From Octopus vulgaris (taxonomy: Eukaryota), in contig OX597816.1 in the NCBI GenBank assembly GCA_951406725.2, positions 164,052,001 to 164,116,000 of the forward strand: a DNA stretch of 64,000 nt. The letters are read 5' to 3'. Below are positions 1 to 13,925 of the stretch, piece after piece. Every line of letters starts with the position of its first letter. Position 1 is the stretch's first letter. A model generated the notes under the pieces. It was not told the origin of the DNA. It saw nothing but the letters and a program-made list of their open reading frames with translations, and did no database searches. Made by a program: the position numbers and the translations under genes.

Positions 1-337
1 AAATCTACCGTTTTGTTTCTCTTGTAATTTTCATTTCTTTTCTTTCCTCTGGAAGCTCATGCTGCACTTATAAATAAGGAGAATTTCTTAATTTCAATCA
101 ACGCATGACAAACGCCGGTAGCAGAAAAAGATATTATACTTGAAATTCGGAGTGTGAAGTTCTGGAAAAGTCGATTATGAATTGAGAAACATTATTGTTT
201 GAAACTACATGGGGAGAAAAAACAAACCAATATGAAAATAGAGAAATTTAAAATAAAATCGATAAAACTTGAACACTGTCATATATTTAATGATACACGC
301 ACACACCAATGCTTGTATCTATATCGGTGTATAAAAT

Positions 338-338
<1 letters not shown>

Positions 339-430
<92 letters not shown>

Positions 431-967
431 TACACATACGTGTGAGTGCTTCTGTATGTGTTAGCATAGATACATACATAAAAATGCATATGTATATATG
501 TGTGTGTGTGTGTGTATGTGTATATATATATGTATAGATATATATATATGTGTATATATATATATGTGTGTGTATATATGTGTATATATATCTATGTATA
601 AATATGTGTGTATATATGTGTGTTTATATATATATATGTATATATATATGTATGTATATATATGAATATATATGTATATGCATATATATGTATATATATA
701 TGTATATATATATATATATATGTTTATACATGTGTATATATATGTGTATATATATGTACATATATATATGTGTGAGTGTATATATATATGTACATATATA
801 TGTGTGAATATTTGTATATATATATATATATATATAAATATATGCATATATACATGTGTGTGTGTATATATATACCTATATATATGGGTTTGTATATACG
901 TGTATATTTATATATATTTGTTTGTATATATGTATATATATATATATGTGTATATATATATATATAT

Positions 968-1015
<48 letters not shown>

Positions 1016-1027
1016 GTATGTATATAT
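339..1027. repeat. Compound (TA)n/(TG)n/(TATG)n microsatellite, representative of dozens of similar tracts in the window
   Basis: Dinucleotide repeats read directly; they explain the YIYI/CVCV ORFs in the track. Confidence 0.97.
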
Positions 1028-1232
1028 CAGATAGCATGAAAACAAGGCAGGTACGTAGCTGTCACGTTCTGGAATGTAAGCTAAGTAATGAGAAAATGTA
1101 ATTTATTTAAATCTGACATAACATTTCTTGGAAACTAAAAAAAATACACGACTTTCCCTCATATTGTTAATATAAATAACATACAACATTAGATTTACAT
1201 GGAAAGGCTGAGGAAACATAATCTATTTTTCC

Positions 1233-1272
<40 letters not shown>

Positions 1273-1858
1273 TCTGCCTACATTCAATCGTATATTCCTA
1301 AATATTAAGAATATGTTAGGATGCACACACGCACACAAATAGGAGTATAGATATATGTGAGCGTCCATATCAATGCATATTTAGGAAACTAAATATATGT
1401 GTGTGTGTGTGTGTGTGTTTTCATGCGTGTGAGTGTCCATATTGCCAATATATATATATGTGAATATATATATATATGCAAATGCATGCATATGAATATA
1501 TGTATGTATACAAGTATATACATACGCATATATGCATGAGTATATATATATATAATATAAATAATAAAAAGCATCCATATATGTGTGTGTGTGTGTTCGT
1601 GCTAAAATCCTATATAGATATTATCCTTGATTATAATTGATATATATATGTATATATATATATATATATATGCATGTATGTATATATACACACATCGTTG
1701 GCGATTTTTTTCCCTCCGTCTTCCTTTTCTCTTGGACTTTCCTTCTCTCAGCGTCTGCTAATACTTTGCATGTGCCACATCCTCGCGTTGTTGTTTTTTC
1801 TTGTGATTTTTCTTCATTTTTTGGTGGGGATTAATTTTATATATATATATATATATAT

Positions 1859-2018
<160 letters not shown>

Positions 2019-2121
2019 AATAATACTCAATAATAATATATATATATGTATGTATGTGTATATATATATATATACACATATATAAAAATATGTATACCCA
2101 AACATACATCTGATGTATAGT

Positions 2122-2171
<50 letters not shown>

Positions 2172-2183
2172 AGTTATATATTA

Positions 2184-2285
<102 letters not shown>

Positions 2286-2324
2286 TTATGCATACGCAAA
2301 TGCACATTTATGTAGATATCTATG

Positions 2325-2367
<43 letters not shown>

Positions 2368-2839
2368 GTTTGAGAAGGAGAGAGCGTATGTGTGTGTGTG
2401 TGTGTGTGTGTAATGAAACATCAATACAACTGTCAACATCATTAAGTTTATGATCACCCTTAATAACGCTATTTATCTCAATCTGTCAACATCTCGATTG
2501 TAAACAATTAACCATTAATATAGGTGATGTCACCTTTATTAATAAACGATATCAAACATAATATTAGAGTGTCGACAATGTCAGAAACAAGCAAACTAAT
2601 ATCACAATCATTGGTTGTATACTATGTTGAAAGAAAAAATGATGCAATTGGAAAATATCTTTGCAGAAATGATGCATCGCTGTAATGTTTCCCTTGTATT
2701 AATCAATGTTTTTCGAATCAGTAACTGGAGGTGAACGAGTATCAGTGGTTCTTACATCTGTTTTTTGATGTAGCTACTGTGGCTGATCTTTTGTTGCTTA
2801 GTCCAGGTTTACTTGGTTATAAGTATCTATATGCGTGTA

Positions 2840-2899
<60 letters not shown>

Positions 2900-2900
<1 letters not shown>

Positions 2901-3080
2901 ACTCGTTTTTCTTTCACTGTTTTGTTTCCTGTTTACATCCGTTTTCTCACTTCATTCCTTTCTGCAGAACAGCTTAGACTCGAAACGTCAAAGCCTTCTA
3001 TTTTTTCCTGAGCGTGAAACTAATATACTTTGTTGTTCGCTCACCTGTCTTTGTCTTTTGCTTTTTGTTCAATTGTGAGC
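2900..3080 (+). mobile_element. Short PLE-derived terminal remnant with degenerate minimal hammerhead-like motif
   Basis: TCTGCAGAACAGCTTAGACTCGAAACGTCA followed by a tail shared with the copies at 7700-7900, 17905-18050 and 36480-36665; flanked by microsatellites. Confidence 0.5.
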
Positions 3081-3280
3081 CACATATATACATATATGTA
3101 TGTACAGACATGTAATATGCATGCACACATACATGTATCTATAAGTGTGTATGCATACACGTGCGCTTGGTAATGCAGCAAAGCAGTTGTTACAATAGTA
3201 ATAAAACAATTGATTGCCAAATTGTCTCCTATTGTAAGTGGTATAAGATGTCCCATATATGTAACATTAGAATTGTTACA

Positions 3281-3320
<40 letters not shown>

Positions 3321-3973
3321 AACACGCATATAGATGTATTGTAATTTGGTTCTTGCTATTCTCATCTGAATTATAACCACAAAATATTTCTCCGTACACT
3401 TTACTTATTTGTCTTCTATTTGAAATGGGAAACCTTTCCCGAAATATTATGAGATCGCTAAACTACGCAGGTCAAATAACACAAAATCATTTTTCTTTTC
3501 GTTTTTCATTTATTTACATCACCTTGCATTTTGCCTAATCTCTCACCTGTGTTGCTCAAAGATTTTTTTTTCAGATCCTTTCTAATTTTATATTATCTGT
3601 ATCATTCTGCCGGCTACAAAGGAAGTTCTGCAACTATTTTATCGACTTCCTTTATAGCTTCTCAGTCCGCCATTAACGGATTAATTGGATTTATATTTAT
3701 TTGTTTCGTTTTGTTTAAATTGTATCAACTCTAATGACATCAGTTCATGTGAATTTATAATCGCGACCGAATCGGTCGGATAGAGGATAATCAACCAAAA
3801 GGTAAGAGGTTCACACCTTACACTAGATCTTCAACCAAGACAAACGTTGAAATAGAAAGGTAGAAATAATAACTTGTCAATATAAGCAGAGGGAGCAATA
3901 TATATACATTTACATACATACATATATACATACATACATACATACATATATATATATATACATATATACATAT

Positions 3974-4062
<89 letters not shown>

Positions 4063-4231
4063 AAGTGTCTCGGTAGTTTATTACGCTATGTTGCATTCCG
4101 TTTATTCGTTGAAATTGTTGAAGAATGGACTGTATAATCTCTGCTAACCTGGATTTTTCTTGACCAACTTTATGAAGACGAAACCTCAGTGTTTATCCAA
4201 TGCCTCTATGAATTGGGACAACCCAATACTA

Positions 4232-4840
4232 ACCCAATGGATTATGGGATACATCATTTTCTAAACTCTGGATTATTGGAAATCTCTCTGTTCTCGTTAT
4301 GGATTTTGGGATATTACACATCATGGTATATCCCAGATTTTACCGTATGGATTATATTATATTACAGCTTAACCCTGTGGATTGTGAGATATCTCAACAT
4401 TGATTCTATGGATTATCTAACTCATCAGTTTTTATTCTATGGATTAACGGATTTCATAGTGTTGACCCTATGGATTATACAACACACAAGTATGGACTTA
4501 ATGGATTATAACTACCCCCATATTGCCCTCATGGATTAACTAATTCCCCAATTCTAACCACGTGGATTACAACAATCATCTGTACTGAATACGTGGATTA
4601 GTGGCTCACTAATCTGAATCCTCTGGATTATATTGTATGACTCAGTAATGTTCATCCAACGGATTATACAATTTAACAGCTCGGAACCTGTGGATTATAA
4701 AACTTACCAATATTCACCCTATGGATTAAGGGATACACTTTCATTGGATTAACGGAATACTAATACTCCTCCACTCTAAATAATAAATTCAAGGGTATCA
4801 ACTCCAGTGGATTATCGTGCTCAGCAATATTTTCACCTTA
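4232..4840. repeat. Degenerate ~31-bp-period tandem array with near-invariant TGGATTA core
   Basis: GGATT starts at 4239, 4270, 4301, 4349, 4379, 4410, 4441, 4472, 4503, 4533, 4564, 4595, 4625, 4661, 4692, 4723, 4746 and 4809. Confidence 0.9.
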
Positions 4841-5432
4841 TTCGACACTCGCCAACCAAGAATCATTCTTGTCTTGATTTTTTGCCATATGTTGATCCCT
4901 ATGGCTGGATTTATCACCCCTTGGTGTTTTCAAGATTTTCATTTCCTTTATGTTATCTAATGTTCACAAAATTTGGTTGGTGATATTGTCATTATAGACA
5001 AAGAAAAGAAAATCAGAGAGCATTTTAATGATTAGAGGAAGTTCATTCTGTTCTGTCAAGGTTATCAGGTTTAGCAGAAATTCCACCGTCCATTCTTGGG
5101 AAATGTCTCTATGTGTCCTCTATTCAAACACATAACAAAACACGTATACACATATAAACAATACATGTAAATATACATGTAAATACACACACACACATAT
5201 ATAAACGCGCACACGCATGCTCACACACGTATATACGTAAATGATGTCATAGTACTGTTAATGTAGTAAATTACGATGACGTTAATGCGATTTTTGTTGT
5301 AGTAGTTGTTGTTGTTGATGATGATGATAGAAATATTAATGTGTAAGCGAGAAAAAATTGTTTTCTAATGCATGCTATTTCGGAGTTTCACCAAGGTTCT
5401 TGCATCTTAAAGCTGAAACGATGGGGAACAGG

Positions 5433-5515
<83 letters not shown>

Positions 5516-5531
5516 CTCTATATATATATAT

Positions 5532-5695
5532 GGTTGTGGAGGTGGATGTGTGGTAAGAAGCTTGCTTCCCAACAACATCATTCCGGGTTCAGTCCCATTG
5601 CGTGGCAACTTGGGCGGCTGTCTTCTACTATAGATTCCGGCCGACCAAAACCTAGCGTGCGGGTTTCGAAGACAGAAACTAAAAGAAGCCCGTTG
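5532..5695 (+). mobile_element. SINE family A (octopus OK/OR-like tRNA-derived SINE), 5' half
   Basis: Matches the head of the full copies at 19890, 25184 and 45411 (GTGTGGTAAG...GGGTTCAGTCCC). Confidence 0.85.
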
Positions 5696-5914
5696 TATAT
5701 GTGTGTGGTGTGTGTGTGTGTATGTGGGTGTGTGTGTGTGTGAGTGTGGATGTGTATATATACGTATATATATATATATATATGTATGTATGTGTATATA
5801 TATACGTGTGTGTGTGCGCGTAAGTATATTCATACATACATATATATATGTATGTAATGTATATGTGTGTGTGTATATCTATATCTATCTAGCTATATAT
5901 ATATATATATATAT

Positions 5915-5950
<36 letters not shown>

Positions 5951-6276
5951 CGTACGTAAAAAGCTGTGCTATGTGTAATTCCACGAAATAGTTTTCATTA
6001 AATGGACGATTAAATTTTCCTTTAATAAGCTATATGATTAAATCTTTTATTAATAACAGCTTACTGTTATAATATATCCATATATATGCGTTTATATGGA
6101 TTAGTATATCTGTGGGGGATGACTGTGTGTGTGTGCGTCATAGTCTGTGTAGTTACGTATCTCTGTTTCCTCTCTGTCTGCAGTTAAATTAAAAATGCAC
6201 TCACCAATATGTCTTTCTGGTGAATGGCTATTTATCCTAAATATCACAGCGTTGGCTGGCAATAGCTTAGACATGT

Positions 6277-6347
6277 GTCACGTGACGTAGAGTAATATGG
6301 CTGCTGTTATTTATGTTTTAGGTCATTGTCACGTGATTGTGACGTGG
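6277..6347. promoter_or_regulatory. Cluster of E-box/CLEAR-type motifs plus a YY1-like site; candidate promoter or enhancer
   Basis: GTCACGTGAC at 6277-6286, GTCACGTGAT at 6328-6337, GTGACGTG immediately after, and AATATGGCTGC between them. Confidence 0.35.
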
Positions 6348-6459
6348 AGAGAGGGACGGGAATTTCGAGAGTTTTCTTTGTTTTTTTTTGTTTTTTTACT
6401 TCTTGTCGTGGGATATTTGGACTGATACACGCGCGGGCACATACACACACACGCACACG

Positions 6460-6520
<61 letters not shown>

Positions 6521-7501
6521 ATATAAACTAATTATGTGTCACTGCGTGTGTGTATATATATATATAGAGAGAGAGAGAGACTGATAGATAGATAGATATA
6601 AACTAAACATGTGTGTGTGTGTGTGCGTATACATATATACATATATATATATACGTTATATATATATATAGATATATATATATATATAAATAAATATATA
6701 TATATATATAAATAAATATATATATATACATATAAATAAATATATATATATACATATATATATATATATGTTTGTGTGTGTGTATGCGTATAATTGAAAC
6801 TATAAGGTTAACTGAACAGCTTTAATATTAGGAGACAGCCTGGCTGTTGTAACTTTACTTAGGGCGATATAATTGCTATAATTAAGTATTTGGATATGTT
6901 TTGTTTTTATTTATTTATTTGTTTGTTTATCTATTATCATTATTATTATTGTTGTTGTTGTTGTTGTTGCTGTTGTTAATCGCTTGTTATATTTGATTTC
7001 CTCTAATAATGAATTCTTTCTTTGGCACAAGGCCATTGCATGTATTCGTACTGCAGGAATATAACTAAATCAGTCTCCAAATTGTTACCATAATCGATTA
7101 TATCGATCACAGGATAAATATATACACACTTGATTACAGTGTGATTTAAATGTTAAACAATAAAGGAGCTAAAATATGAACGGCAAGGTGCCTAAACATT
7201 AGGGAGGTATTTGGGAACCCTAAGTAGGTCATGCGCTTTTGTTGCCCCCGTTTAGAAGTACCCGTCCTCCCCTCCAATGGTGATTAATTATTTTTAGTGG
7301 GATATACTTCGTTGTTACCCTGTTCAGCTTTCTCATTTATTACTTGGGTATCTCTAGTGTAATCTACCCGGTTACAAACATTCAAAGCAATGTCTCGTAT
7401 CTGTGTATAATTTCGTACCCCCAGATAATTATATTCTGGTATCAACCGATCCCCTAATCCAATATTTCGAATATATATATATTTTTTGGGGGGGGGATAT
7501 A

Positions 7502-7646
7502 GGCGCAGGAGTGGCTGTGTGGTAAGGAGCTTGCGTTCCAACCATATGGTTCCAGGTTCAGTCCTACTGCATGATACCTTGGGCAAGCCTCGAGCCGACC
7601 AAATCTTTGTGAGTGGATTTGGTAGACGGAAACTAAAGGACGCTCG

Positions 7647-7649
<3 letters not shown>
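7502..7649 (+). mobile_element. SINE family A, 5' half with internal deletion
   Basis: GGCGCAGGAGTGGCTGTGTGGTAAG head, same as the other copies. Confidence 0.85.
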
Positions 7650-7683
<34 letters not shown>

Positions 7684-7699
7684 CATATACATATATAGA

Positions 7700-7920
7700 G
7701 GGGGAGAATTCACAAAAAAAAACTAAGAAAAAACAAAGACAGGTGCTGTAGACAACAAACAGATATATTAGTTTAAATCTCGAGAAGTGAAAAAGTCTTT
7801 AACGTTTCGAGCCTACGCTCTTCCACAGAATGGAACACAAAAAGAAACAAGGAGAGAAAGTAAAGAATGGCTAGAAAATAAGAATAGTAGTGGCTAGCGA
7901 TCTATCATGGCGAATGCCAG
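7700..7920 (-). mobile_element. PLE-derived terminal remnant with minimal hammerhead-like motif
   Basis: The reverse strand reads CTGTGGAAGAGCGTAGGCTCGAAACGTTA; near-identical to 17905-18050. Confidence 0.6.
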
Positions 7921-8529
7921 ACAGAGGGGTCACACACGAGAGCTAGGAAGAAGAGGAGATAATAAAGTAATGGTGATCCCAAAACGAAGGTGCGCGTGCG
8001 AGTGTATAAGAGAGCATGTATGTGCGTGTGGAAGAGGGCTGGTGACCTTGACGTGTGCGTATGTGTATGTGTGGATGTGGGGCAGGGAAGTGGTCAGTGC
8101 TAGTGTTTTTATGGTGGTGAGATGTGATGTGATGTTATGTGGTGCTGTGTGGTATGGTGATGTAGTGGTGTATGGTGGTGTGTGATGGTGTTGGGATGCG
8201 AGTGAGATGAGAGAGGGGAAAGAAAGGGTGGGATGTGGGTAAGGCTGAGTGTGAGGGTAGAGGTGGGGGTATGTGAGAGTAGTTGTAAGGGATGGTGTGT
8301 GTGTCTGTGTATGTCCTCCTCACCACCACCATTGCTTTACAACCAATGCTGGTTTGTTTTACGTACCGTTAACTTAGCGGTTAGGCAAAAGAGACTGACA
8401 GAGTGGGTACTAGGCTTACAAAGAACAAGTCCTGGGATCGATTTGTTTGACTAAAGGCAGCATGGCCCGTATCCCGTCCTTGACAGACTTACTTCGTAAT
8501 TCCACCTTTGTAAAAATCTTGTGATGGCC

Positions 8530-8850
8530 CTTACCTGAGCTGTTGGAGCATTTGGCTCACGATCGTAAAGTCGTGAGTTCGATTCCTAACGGCACTTTGT
8601 GTCCTTGAGCAAGTTACTCTGTTTTACATTGCTATAACCCACTCAGCTGCCAAATATGGGAAGTACCTATATTTCAAATGGGTCAGTCTTGTCACAATCT
8701 GTGTTACGCTGAATCTGCCTGAGTACTGTGTTGAGGGTATTCATGTCAGTGGAATACTCAGCCACTTCTACGTTAATTTCACAAGCAGGCTATTCCCGTT
8801 GATCGGTTCAATTGAAATCTTCGTCGTCGTCGTAACCGACGGAGTGCCTT
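8530..8850 (+). mobile_element. SINE family D (tRNA-like head, GTGTCCTTGAGCAAG central domain), diverged
   Basis: Homologous to the 59250-59561 copy; ends in CGTCGTAACCGACGGAGT. Confidence 0.75.
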
Positions 8851-9180
8851 ACTTTTTGCTTTTATAAATAGCTTATCTTTGTCTTTTTTTTCTTCTTCAT
8901 GTTATCATGACCAGCATAGCCCCCTCCACCGCCAGCACAACCACTGTCACCACCATCGCTAATGTCCCGCAACCACCACCACCACCACCACCACCACCAC
9001 CACCGGCGCCGCCGCCTATATAATCACAACCACCACCCCCGCAACTAATTTCAAAACAATCTCTATCACCGGTCTCTATCACCGCTGCCGCCGCCGCTCA
9101 TCACCCATTATGAATGTATGGGAGCGTGGGTTTGCAGGTGTGCGTGTGTCTGTGTATGAATGCGTGTATAGTACGCACAT

Positions 9181-9221
<41 letters not shown>

Positions 9222-9451
9222 TATATGTGTATATATATTACTCACGGTCGTTCCATTCATTCTCCCTCGCCGTGAGATATTTCACATACAGACAACATTG
9301 AAAGAATTGTCTTCTTCACTCTATCATTGTTACTTACACCGGGAATAATACACCGGAGGTGTGAGAGACCGATGATGATGTTGATGATGATGACGATGAA
9401 GATGTTGATAAGAATAAATAATTATGCTTTTATCTACTTGCATCATGGGAA

Positions 9452-10460
<1,009 letters not shown>

Positions 10461-10604
10461 CAACAAATAAATCCTGGGGTCGATTTGCTTCACTAAAAGG
10501 CGGTGCTCCAGCATGGCCGCATTCAAATGACTGAAACTAGAGTCCTAGAGTTTCCTCGAGAGCATCATCGCTCTTAACCACTACTAGATAATAATATTTA
10601 TTAT

Positions 10605-10817
10605 TATTTCAAATTTTTGCCATAAGGGTAGCTTGTGGGAGGTGGGTAATGAGTGGATTACATCGACTTCAGTGTTCAACAGGTACTTATTTTATCGATC
10701 CTGAAAGGATGAAAAGCTAAGTCGACCTCGGCGGAATTTGAACTCAGAACGTAGCGACGGACGAAATACTGCTAGGCATTTTCTCCAGCATGCTAACGAG
10801 TCTGCCAGTTGGCCGCT
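10605..10817 (-). mobile_element. SINE family B (GGCGGCGAGCTGGCAGAA head)
   Basis: Reverse complement matches the 48452-48665 copy (TTCTGAGTTCAAATTCCGCCGAGGTCGAC). Confidence 0.85.
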
Positions 10818-10818
10818 C

Positions 10819-10863
<45 letters not shown>

Positions 10864-11025
10864 TTTTAGATAATAATAATAATGATAATAATAATGATAA
10901 TAATGATAATAATGATAATAATAATAATAATAATAAGCAAGATGTAGTATGAACACAAACCGCAGAGAGGGGCAGAGTCGGAGACTAGGAAAATCCTCTG
11001 AGATTTCCCAATGTAAATACATCAG

Positions 11026-11035
11026 AACAAACACA

Positions 11036-11106
<71 letters not shown>

Positions 11107-11272
11107 ACACGACGGGTTTCTTTTAGTTTCTGTCTACCAAATCCACTCACAAGGCTTTGGTCGGCCCGAGGCTATAGTAGAAGACACTTGACCAAGGTGC
11201 CACGCAGTGGGACTGAACCCGGAACCATGTGGTTGGGAAACAAGCTTCTTACCACACAGCCACACTTGCGCC
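11026..11272 (-). mobile_element. SINE family A, 5' half
   Basis: Reverse complement of the SINE A head and middle. Confidence 0.88.
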
Positions 11273-11691
11273 TATAGTAAACTATTCACACATTTTACAT
11301 ATACAAATTAGGTTTATATGTCAGGTCAGGTCAGGTCACGTTTAGTTCTACTGGTAACATAAAATTCAGTACAAACACAGGGAGAGAGAGACAGACAGAC
11401 AGACTGTGTAACGGAATTGAAGAATGCAGGGTAGCTTTAAAAACAGCTTAGAAAATCAGGTAAAATACCCTTAGAAGACTAGTAGGGGGAAATAAGTGGC
11501 CAGACTGTACTTGTCTCCCCCCCCACCCCCAACCGCTTGACAATCGGTGCTTGTTTGTTTACGTCCCTTTTAAACAAGCGGTTCTGTAATGGTACCGAGA
11601 GTCGATTCGTTCACCTGAAAATTCTCCAAAGTCGTGTCTCAAAATGGCCTCAGGGAAATGAATGAAATATGTAAAAGATGAAAAAATATAT

Positions 11692-11731
<40 letters not shown>

Positions 11732-12183
11732 AGAGAGAGAGTGAGGAAGTATCGTTCATATTGTTTTCCCACTCAAATCTCAAACATGGCGTCCGGCCAC
11801 ACTTCCTTTCTATTGTTCTTCCAAAACATTTTTTCTTTCCTTTATTTGCTTGTCTTTTGTAGTGTTTATTTTCTCTGCCTTCCCTTCAAGTTCTATTGAA
11901 TTCTCTCACCCTTTCTCTTCTGTGAATGAGTCTGTATATGTGAATGCCTATGTATATATGTATATGTCCATGAGAGTACCATTGATTGTGTGTGTGTGTG
12001 TGTGTGTGTCTTGTTTGGCATTCCCTGAGTGCTTATCTCTGTATTCCTTTCTCGGCACTCGCGAATAAGCGAGTGTATACATAATTGAATACTCTCAAAC
12101 ACAAAACACAGAGGGGACAAACAAGGACAGACAAACGGATTAAGTCGATTATATCGACTCCAGTGCGTAACTGGAAAATCAAG

Positions 12184-12255
12184 TTCCCATGCCGGGAATC
12201 GAACCCGGGCCGCCTGGGTGAAAGTCAGGAATCCTAACCACTAGACCACATGGGA
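12184..12255 (-). tRNA. trnE-TTC: tRNA-Glu(TTC)
   Basis: The reverse strand reads TCCCATGTGGTCTAGTGGTTAGGATTCCTGACTTTCACCCAGGCGGCCCGGGTTCGATTCCCGGCATGGGAA. It has a perfect 7-bp acceptor stem, intact A and B boxes, anticodon TTC and a TTTT terminator 5 nt downstream. There is one A-C mismatch in the anticodon stem. Confidence 0.92.
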
Positions 12256-12299
12256 TACTTGATTTCCTGATTATATTACGTGCGTATATATACGTATAT

Positions 12300-12337
<38 letters not shown>

Positions 12338-12417
12338 AACAGATATATCAATGCGAACGTACGTAAATACATACATATGTTTGTACGTATATATATATAT
12401 GTATCTATGTGTGTATA

Positions 12418-12868
12418 TCATTATTCAGTTTATTTCAAGATTTCTTGCCAATAGAGAAAGAATCGGTTTCTAACCTAGATCCAATGTTCCTTCATTGGAA
12501 TTTCAACATCAACAACAGGGTACTTCTGCATGTATGTATGTACGTATACTCTCTCTCTCTTTATTTAAATGATAAACTTCTGGAAAGTTTTACAGATTTT
12601 TACGGTTCTAGTGATGGATTGGATCTGTAGTCTTCCACCTTTCTGGTTTTGAGAAGATATTGGTATTTAGGCAGTTTGTTACATATCCCAGTGCGCCAAT
12701 AATTACAGGTATAAACCTGAAGTTGTAATCTGTATGTGTGTAGATATGTATGTGTGTATGTATGTCATTTTTCAGTTTATTTCAAGATTTCTTGCCAATA
12801 GAGAAAGAACCGGTTTCTAACCTAGATCCTAGGCTCCTTCATTGGAATTTCAACATCAACAACAGGAT
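12418..12868 (-). mobile_element. R4/Dong-clade non-LTR retrotransposon 3' fragment with duplicated 3' UTR
   Basis: The reverse strand of 12562-12732 translates to DYNFRFIPVIIGALGYVTNCL...TVKICKTFQKFII* (REL-endonuclease C-terminus). A ~105-bp UTR block occurs at both 12418-12522 and 12765-12868, bordered by (ATAC)n. Confidence 0.7.
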
Positions 12869-13131
12869 ATTTTTGTATGTATGCATTCATGTATGTATGT
12901 ATGGATGGATTGATGGATGGATGGTCGTACGTATGTATGTCTAGTGCATGCGCTGGTAATCAATTATAAAATCGATGAATATTGGAAGTCAAAGAGTGAA
13001 TCTGATAAATCAATCACTGGTTTACGGATCAGGTGAAGATGAGATCAACGAAAGGTGTTTCTGCGATTGTAGAAGAATCAGAATATGTAAGTATATATAT
13101 ATATATATAGAGAGAGAGAGAAAGATATACA

Positions 13132-13172
<41 letters not shown>

Positions 13173-13193
13173 CTATATATATATACATACATA

Positions 13194-13350
13194 GATCGAC
13201 CACAGTACGCAACTGATACTTATTTTATCGACCCCGAAAGGATGAAAGGCAAAGTCGACCTCAGCGGAATTTCAACTCAGAACGTAACGGCAGACGAAAT
13301 ACCGCTATGCATTTCGCCCGGTGTGCTAACGTTTCTGCCAGCACGCCGCC
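13194..13350 (-). mobile_element. SINE family B
   Basis: ATCGACCCCGAAAGGATGAAAGGCAAAGTCGACC core. Confidence 0.85.
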
Positions 13351-13491
13351 TATGTATGTGTGTATATGTTTACATATATGTATTTGTATATATTTATATG
13401 TATATATATATGTATATATTTCTCTGTGCATACGCATATTTAGCTATATCTACCTAAATATTTAACCTAAATATATAATACATACATAACA

Positions 13492-13530
<39 letters not shown>

Positions 13531-13873
13531 CATGTATGTAAGTATGTATGTATGCTTTCCTTCTCCACCCCATTTTCCGTCACGCACAAATGAACACACG
13601 CACGGAGTACGTGCACACAACATTACCCCACACGCAATCAAACGATAAGGCAACAATCCCTTCCCCCCCTTCACCGATATCCATGCGTTAACGTAACATA
13701 CACGTGCACACGCATGTGTAATGACAATACGTGACGTCATCATTACGCTGCCACATACCTCAGCACGTGCAACAGGATTCTTGCAGTGTGCATTGAGCAA
13801 ACATTTCCTCTTCTATCTTTCAATATTGGATTTGCAAATTCTTAAGAAACGGAATCTCTCTGTCACTCACTCA

Positions 13874-13925
<52 letters not shown>

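Noticed and set aside
4189-4539. 116-aa ORF over the GGATTA array
   Set aside because: The 31-nt period is not a multiple of three, so the motif rotates through frames (MDY/GL/WI). There are no splice or coding signals.
4232-4840. CRISPR array interpretation
   Set aside because: The constant part is only ~7 nt and non-palindromic, there are no cas genes, and the context is eukaryotic.
12801-12850. Hammerhead-like ATGAAG...GAAACCGGTT on the minus strand
   Set aside because: The core lacks CUGA, and the region folds better as a simple hairpin in a LINE 3' UTR.
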